Origin: Christensenella sp. UBA1428
GTDB taxonomy: Bacteria > Bacillota > Clostridia > Christensenellales > UBA1750
NCBI GenBank assembly: GCA_002329335.1
Contig: DCTY01000014.1
Coordinates: 14,697 to 78,696 of the forward strand
Reading direction: 5' to 3'
DNA length: 64,000 nucleotides
Shown: positions 58,857-64,000 of the stretch, in pieces
Position numbering within the stretch: position 1 is the stretch's first letter
Layout of the letters: the number at the start of each line of letters is the position of its first letter
Translations under genes and position numbers: made by a program
The notes under the pieces: generated by a model
Database searches by the model: none
The model's input: only the letters and a program-made list of their open reading frames with translations
Told to the model about the DNA's origin: nothing

Positions 58857-59161
58857 ATAACATTTGCCAATCATGAAGAATAGGTATTAAGGATGTTCCC
58901 TGCTTCTTACAGACTGTACTCCACATTTTGGGAGGACTTGTGCATCTTCTTTGCGGACGATAATTTCATCCATTATCTAACCCTTTTAGCTAGTTTGAAA
59001 GTATTTTATTTATCTTGACAAACGAAAATTGTACAGAAAGAAAATCATATTTCAGAAAAAAATTTAGAAACCTTTGCAACATTTCGTTTTTCCCAGTTGT
59101 ATATAGGGCAGAGAGGCAAAAACGCCACTCAAGATTATATAACAATTAGGAGGACTTAAAC

Positions 59162-60103
59162 ATGAAACTTAAAAGAATTTTTTCCCTTGTCTTAGGCACC
59201 GCTTTAGCACTTTCTCTCGTAGCCTGTGGTAGCAATGACAACCCCGCAGCCGATAACAGCAAGCCCGGTGCGGTACAGCCGCCCAGCAACTATGTGGACT
59301 GCGATACGCTGGAAGAAGCAATCGAGATGGCGGGAATTGAGATCTCCATTCCCGAAGTTATCAAAGGTTATGATGACTGCACTTTTCGGGCAAACAAGAC
59401 TGATGGTATGATTGAAGTTATTTTCCAAAACGATGATGATGAGATTCGATTCCGCAAGGGACTTGGCAATGAGGACATCAGCGGCAACTATAACGATTTT
59501 TCCGAAAAGAGCGATGTCAATGTAGATGGTTCTACCGTTCAGATGAAAGGCTCAGATGGTAAAGTGAATCTCGCTACTTGGAGTGCGGACGGCTATTCAT
59601 ACTCTATCGACAGCACAGAAGCAATGGACAAAACTGCTATGACCGACCTCATCAAGACTGTCAACAATGATGATAATGCACCTATCGGCGGCGACCCGGC
59701 TACTTGGGGTCCTGATAATCAGCCCAGCGATAACGGCGTGCAGCCGCCCAGCCCCTTTCAGCCTTGTGACACACTGGATGCTGCCGAAGAAATGGCTGGC
59801 TTTGATTTGACCTTGCCTAAAGCCGCTGACAAGCTGGAAGCGATTGAAAACGAAATGATTCAAGCTTTCTATGGTGAGGACGGCACTGATATGCTGATTC
59901 GTAAAGCACTTGGCAGTGAGGACATCAGCGGAGATTATAATGAGTATGTACAGACCGAAACTGTAGACGGCGTAACTCTTAAAGGCGCAGATGGGCAGTT
60001 TTCTCTTGCTATGTGGACAGACGGCGATTATACTTATTCTATCAGCGTTGGAAGTGCCCTTTCTCAGACCGATATGATGGCACTTGTGGGCGGTGTAAAA
60101 TAA
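59162..60103 (+). CDS. lipoprotein with two tandem copies of the anti-sigma-type ectodomain (DUF4367-like from memory)
   Basis: 313 aa with lipobox SLVAC and AGGAGG RBS. Two repeats: ..IRFRKGLGNEDISGNYNDF..LATWSADGYSYSI.. and ..LIRKALGSEDISGDYNEY..LAMWTDGDYTYSI.. Confidence 0.85.
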   Translation: MKLKRIFSLVLGTALALSLVACGSNDNPAADNSKPGAVQPPSNYVDCDTLEEAIEMAGIEISIPEVIKGYDDCTFRANKTDGMIEVIFQNDDDEIRFRKGLGNEDISGNYNDFSEKSDVNVDGSTVQMKGSDGKVNLATWSADGYSYSIDSTEAMDKTAMTDLIKTVNNDDNAPIGGDPATWGPDNQPSDNGVQPPSPFQPCDTLDAAEEMAGFDLTLPKAADKLEAIENEMIQAFYGEDGTDMLIRKALGSEDISGDYNEYVQTETVDGVTLKGADGQFSLAMWTDGDYTYSISVGSALSQTDMMALVGGVK

Positions 60104-60118
60104 GGTTTCATATGACGC

Positions 60119-60147
60119 AAGGGACAGGCTCATTGGGTCTGTCCTTT
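60119..60147 (+). terminator. hairpin terminator after the islet lipoprotein gene
   Basis: AAGGGACAG-11 nt-CTGTCCTTT. The stem sequence resembles the hairpin at 58826. Confidence 0.55.
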
Positions 60148-60333
60148 GAAACATGAACGAGGAGGGATGATGTGGAATATTGCCTTGCAACAGAAAGATA
60201 CTTGCCGTCTTTCATAGATATATTTAAAAAAATATTTTACTTTCTTGCAGTAGCATTGTTTGGAAGCACTTGTAGTCAAACTGATTTATCAAAAACGAAC
60301 AGCCGTGAGAGAATCAATTACCAGGCAGAACGA

Positions 60334-60786
60334 ATGCTCAACGAGTATGGAAACGCTGTTTTGCGGCTTGCCTACTCTTATCTTCACAATACCGCTGATG
60401 CTGAGGAAGTATTGCAGGATACGCTTGTCCAGTTTCTCAGAACGGCTCCTGTACTGAACACAAAAGAGCATGAAAAAGCGTGGCTTCTTCATGTTGCATC
60501 CAACTTGAGCAAGAACCGTATCAAGTACAATGCTCTCCGACAAACAGACGAACTGATGGAGGAACTGGTCGCAGAAAATCGGGATGACCTTTCTTTTGTA
60601 TGGGAAGCAGTAAAGGCTTTGCCAGATAAGTACCGTGAGGTCGTACATCTTTTTTATCATGAGGGCTACCAAACAGCACAGATTGCTCAAATACTGGGGA
60701 TGAAAGAAACAACTGTCCGCTCTAATTTATCTCGTGGCAGAGAGAAGCTGAAAACTGTGTTAAAGGAGGCGTATGACTTTGAATAG
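60334..60786 (+). CDS. sigma-70 family (ECF-like, regions 2 and 4) RNA polymerase sigma factor
   Basis: Region 2 (VLRLAYSYLHNTADAEEVLQDTLVQF) and region 4 HTH (YREVVHLFYHEGYQTAQIAQILGMKETTVRSNLSRGREKL). Start uncertain: the ATG at 60334 has a weak SD, and the track ORF opens at 60172. Confidence 0.8.
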   Translation: MLNEYGNAVLRLAYSYLHNTADAEEVLQDTLVQFLRTAPVLNTKEHEKAWLLHVASNLSKNRIKYNALRQTDELMEELVAENRDDLSFVWEAVKALPDKYREVVHLFYHEGYQTAQIAQILGMKETTVRSNLSRGREKLKTVLKEAYDFE

Positions 60787-61405
60787 AAAGTACAATGAAG
60801 CAATGGAACACATTGAAGTTACGCCTGAAATGCGTAGTCGAATCTTGAATAAAATTGAAAACATAGATTTTGCAGAAAAGAAACGGACGAAGATTGTTCG
60901 TTTCCCTAATATAAAACGCTTCGCTACGCTTGCAGCTTGTCTTGCTGTTATGCTTGTAGGAGCTTTGACCTTGCCTAATCTATTGGACATTTCTAACGAG
61001 CCGCCTGTTATTGAAAACAACGATATTGTGGAAGTATCTTCTGTCGAAGAACTGTCGAAAACGGTAGGTTTTGAAGTGAGCGAGCCGGGGAATCTGCCGT
61101 TTGAACCAGAGAGCGTTGTTTATACTGCTTATTGGGCAGAAATGGCTGAAATTATCTATACAAATGATGAACAAACAGCAGCTTTTCGTAAAGGTATTGG
61201 GTCTGATGATGTAAGCGGTGACTACAATTCTTATGAATTGACAAGCGAAATATCGGTGAATGACATCAATGCCATGCTAAAGGGCAACGGTGAAACCTAT
61301 ACTTTGGCAATCTGGACAGATGGCGAGTTTGCATATTCATTATCACTAAGTGAGGGCGTAGGGGAAGCAGAGTGGATTAGCATATTTAAGACAATGGTAG
61401 ACTGA
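60773..61405 (+). CDS. single-pass membrane anti-sigma factor candidate with DUF4367-like ectodomain
   Basis: 210 aa. Overlaps the sigma gene by 14 nt. Short cytoplasmic N-terminus, TM (ATLAACLAVMLVGALTL), and an ectodomain with AAFRKGIGSDDVSGDYNSY..LAIWTDGEFAYSL. Confidence 0.8.
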   Translation: MTLNRKYNEAMEHIEVTPEMRSRILNKIENIDFAEKKRTKIVRFPNIKRFATLAACLAVMLVGALTLPNLLDISNEPPVIENNDIVEVSSVEELSKTVGFEVSEPGNLPFEPESVVYTAYWAEMAEIIYTNDEQTAAFRKGIGSDDVSGDYNSYELTSEISVNDINAMLKGNGETYTLAIWTDGEFAYSLSLSEGVGEAEWISIFKTMVD

Positions 61406-61578
61406 GCAACGGAAGTCAGTTTAACCGTGGCTATCGAAGCAGAACCGATTGGCGCACCAGCTTTTCTAATTTAAACGCTGGTCAATTTTTATCAAAAAAA
61501 TATATACCGTCAATTTCGAGAAAAGTTCTCCGATCATTATAATCGGATGACAGAAGAAAACGAAAGGAGAGTTTTTCC

Positions 61579-62067
61579 ATGAGGACGAATAAAATTATTA
61601 AGGAAAAACGTATCAAAATGGGCAGGATCCAGGAACAGATTGCCAATCGTCTCGGAGTAACCTCCCCTGCTGTCAACAAATGGAAAAAAGGACATTACCT
61701 GCCCAATATCGATACGTTTGTGCAGCTGAGCAAATTATACGATGTAAGCCTCAACGAACTGGTCAGCGGCCAGCGGCTTGACGGCCGGCAGCTCAAAGCG
61801 CAGGCGGACGTCAATTTAATCGGCGCAGCCCGCGGAGAAATTTTTCCGCTGCGCGACCGCACCGCGTACTGGCGGCGCAAATGGCTTGCGGAGCACCGCG
61901 CGCTGCTGATTTTTGCGGCAGCCGCATTTCTGGCGCTGTTTGCTGCGCTGTACATGCTTTGGGGGCAATGGCCGCTGTTTTTCAGCCCGCTTGCCGGCTG
62001 CATCGTTTACGCCGGCCTGCGCAACCGGATGATGATCTATATCGAATCCCATCTGTACGGCCCATAG
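61579..62067 (+). CDS. XRE-family HTH protein with two C-terminal TM segments
   Basis: 162 aa with AAAGGAGAG RBS. The HTH (RIQEQIANRLGVTSPAVNKWKKG...LSKLYDVSLNELVSG) is encoded by lower-GC DNA. The C-terminal membrane part is GC-rich. Confidence 0.8.
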   Translation: MRTNKIIKEKRIKMGRIQEQIANRLGVTSPAVNKWKKGHYLPNIDTFVQLSKLYDVSLNELVSGQRLDGRQLKAQADVNLIGAARGEIFPLRDRTAYWRRKWLAEHRALLIFAAAAFLALFAALYMLWGQWPLFFSPLAGCIVYAGLRNRMMIYIESHLYGP

Positions 62068-62078
62068 CGCCAGGCGCG

Positions 62079-63065
62079 TTACTTTGCCCGCCGGTCAAGC
62101 GCCCCTGCGGCAACCATAATCGCCGCATAGAGCACCCCGGCCACCGGCCAGATGATCCAGCTGTTCTCCCAGTCACGGCGGACAAAGCTCACGCCCAGAA
62201 AAATCGCCGTCACCAGCAGCCAATAGATCGTGGCAATCGCGCCGGTATGCGCCGCGGCGCGCTTTTTCTGCCGGGTATAATCACCCTCCTGCAGCAGCTT
62301 CTGCATGCTTGCCCAATTGATGCCAGCCGAAATAAAGAAAAACACGCCGATGCCGATCAACACCAGCATCAGGGACAGCAGCACGATAAGCAGCAGCGCG
62401 TTTTCCGTCATAAAGGATCCGGCAAACAGCGGCACCAGCGAAAGGATGCACAGACAGGCGCCCAGGATGTTGGCGCGCGTATAGGTATCCTGATATTCCT
62501 GCTGGCGCTGTTTGACCATGCCGGAAACCCCGTACTGCGTTTCAAAAATCTCCTTTTCCAGATATTCAAACGCGCTGGTCTTCGCCCCGCAGGAGATAAA
62601 AATCGCCACTGCCGCCGCCACCAGCAGCAGCATCACGATCATACCCATGCCGCCGGCAAACGCCTGCGAAATATGCAGCGCCTGCACTTCGCTCGCCGCA
62701 GCCAGCACCATCAGACAAATCGGCGCAAGGATGCACAAAAAAGTCGCAAACGCAATCCGCTTTGCCGTCAGCGCCTTGACCTGCAAAAATGCGCACGCCT
62801 CTTCCATGGAAACGCTGCGCACCTGCGGGGCATCCTCCTGCGGCGCAGCGGTGTATTCCGCCTCCTCCAGCTCGTCCTTGAGCAAAAAGTCCGTACTCAC
62901 GCCGAAAAGCTGCGCCAGACGCAGCACTTTGTCCAGATCCGGCACGGACTGCGCGCCTTCCCATTTGGACACGGCCTGACGCGAAACGCCCACCGCCTGC
63001 GCCAGTTCTTCCTGGGACCAGCCGTTTTTCTTTCTTTGGGAAATGATCTTGTCTGCTAAAATCAT
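62079..63065 (-). CDS. XRE-family HTH protein fused to a polytopic membrane domain
   Basis: 328 aa from the ATG at 63065 (GAGGTG upstream): MILADKIISQRKKNGWSQEELAQAVGVSRQAVSKWEGAQSVPDL..., followed by about 6 TM segments. The track start at 63356 is unsupported. Confidence 0.82.
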   Translation of the reverse strand: MILADKIISQRKKNGWSQEELAQAVGVSRQAVSKWEGAQSVPDLDKVLRLAQLFGVSTDFLLKDELEEAEYTAAPQEDAPQVRSVSMEEACAFLQVKALTAKRIAFATFLCILAPICLMVLAAASEVQALHISQAFAGGMGMIVMLLLVAAAVAIFISCGAKTSAFEYLEKEIFETQYGVSGMVKQRQQEYQDTYTRANILGACLCILSLVPLFAGSFMTENALLLIVLLSLMLVLIGIGVFFFISAGINWASMQKLLQEGDYTRQKKRAAAHTGAIATIYWLLVTAIFLGVSFVRRDWENSWIIWPVAGVLYAAIMVAAGALDRRAK

Positions 63066-63510
63066 CCTGCTCACCTCATACGATGTTTCAAAGCGCGCTG
63101 CGCTTTGTTGTGCCTTGATCATAGCGTTTTTGCCGGTTGCGCGCCACCAAGCGCGCCCGGTCAATTTGTCAACCGCGGGTTGCATCGGCCGTTTTCCGGC
63201 CCAAACGACAGTTTTATTATAACACAGCCGCGCCGCACAAAAAAGCGTCCCTTTCCAACCCTGCCGGCAGACGCAGGCAAAAAAATCCATCGTTTTCACC
63301 GTCTGGCCGCACGGCGTCACAGGGAATTTGCAATATCTTCTTTGTTCCTGATGCAAAACAATGCAAAATATGGTATCATCATATCAGCCGCAGAACAAAA
63401 ATTTAAAACGCGCGGCAAATATCATTGGCAAATCAAATCCGGCGCCTTTTTGCGGTTGGCACAAAAAAAGACGCCCCGATGGATTTATTTTTACCGAAGG
63501 AGTAAGGCTC

Positions 63511-64000
63511 ATGATCTGGATGCACTTTCAAATCAACAGCGCGGCGACCAAGATTCCCCAGCCGCTGGATGTGCTGATGCCGGTATACGACCCGCAGGGC
63601 AAGCGCGGCACGACCGACCCCGGTCCCTATCCGGCACTGTATCTGATTCACGGCAGCCGCATGAACAGCACGGCCTGGCTGCGCGGCTCGATGTGCGAAA
63701 CGCTCACCGGCGACCGGCCGATGGCCATCATTATGCCGTCGATCTGCAACAGCTTCGGCGCAAACATGAAATGGGGCTCGGACTACGAGGATTTTCTGGC
63801 GCAGGAGCTGCCCACGCTTTGCGAACGGATGCTGGCGGTAAAGCCGGGCAGAGAAAACCGCGCCGTCGCCGGCCTGTCCATGGGCGGGCACGTCGCGATG
63901 AACCTGGGGCTGAACCATCCGGATGTATTTGGCGCCTGCGCCTCCTTTTCCGGCGCGGTCAACGGCCGGGTGCTGTATACGCGCGGTTATCATGTGGATC
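63511..64000 (+). CDS. putative esterase (esterase D/S-formylglutathione-hydrolase-like family), 5' part; continues beyond window end
   Basis: Own translation from the ATG at 63511 (GAAGGAG upstream): MIWMHFQINSAATKIPQPLDVLMPVY...ALYLIHGSRMNSTAW...AVAGLSMGGHVAM. The frame is open to the window end, so it is absent from the track. Confidence 0.75.
   Translation, partial: MIWMHFQINSAATKIPQPLDVLMPVYDPQGKRGTTDPGPYPALYLIHGSRMNSTAWLRGSMCETLTGDRPMAIIMPSICNSFGANMKWGSDYEDFLAQELPTLCERMLAVKPGRENRAVAGLSMGGHVAMNLGLNHPDVFGACASFSGAVNGRVLYTRGYHVD

Larger units (their letters stand above)
58752..61760. other. AT-rich ~3 kb genomic islet (probable horizontally acquired insertion; no recombinase gene)
   Basis: Clear compositional drop by eye compared with GC-rich flanks, and different codon style. 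Bracketed by two XRE HTH N-termini that share TGGAAAAA(C/A)GGA (58740..58751 and 61681..61692). Confidence 0.65.

Noticed and set aside
58860-59000. Short ORFs in the AT-rich left arm of the islet: a 41-aa + strand ORF from ~58873 and a 28-aa - strand ORF (MDEIIVRKEDAQVL...).
   Set aside because: They are very short with weak or no SD and no recognisable motif. They may be remnants of degraded genes, but the evidence is insufficient.
58752-61760. Searched the islet and its flanks for integrase, transposase or relaxase genes and for terminal inverted repeats.
   Set aside because: None was seen in any frame. The only repeat is the 12-nt direct repeat inside the HTH genes. The islet is therefore not called an IS, transposon or ICE, only an islet.

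Overview
GC-rich (about 60% by eye, not computed) chromosomal segment from a Clostridia-type Firmicute. It looks Oscillospiraceae/Ruminococcaceae-like, but the taxon cannot be verified without a search. Most of it is ordinary housekeeping and carbohydrate-use DNA. Left end, minus strand: a dcw cluster (mraZ-rsmH-ftsL-PBP-murE-mraY-murD, no murF). Next come recD2, mnmA/cysK, plsY, pepT, fba, leuCD-type dehydratase, copA, a two-subunit class I fumarate hydratase, several ABC exporters with wHTH/PadR regulators, and scattered plant-polysaccharide genes (GH28, GH51, GH79-like, tandem esterases, AraC/TetR regulators). I saw no rRNA, tRNA, CRISPR array, integrase or transposase. I did not find a clear multi-gene defence or mobile system. 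The most interesting items are: (1) an AT-rich ~3 kb islet (58.75-61.76 kb) with a lipoprotein, a sigma factor and a membrane anti-sigma that share one ectodomain in three copies, sitting beside a truncated AI-2E permease and bracketed by two XRE HTH N-termini; (2) a short SD-preceded leader ORF plus intrinsic terminator upstream of a heterodimeric ABC exporter with one degenerate ATP site (BmrB/BmrCD-like attenuation); (3) an orphan oadB plus a 46-aa OadG-like gene (not in the ORF track) behind a ~170-nt leader with a terminator hairpin; (4) a CopA with a C-terminal CopZ-like domain preceded by an in-frame SD+ATG; (5) a hicAB plus XRE/small-protein islet with a perfect 38-bp palindromic operator. 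The ORF track writes TTG/GTG starts as M. Many long track ORFs are antisense shadows of real genes, and several real genes start downstream of the track start. Hand-derived coordinates for hairpins and promoters may be off by 1-2 nt.
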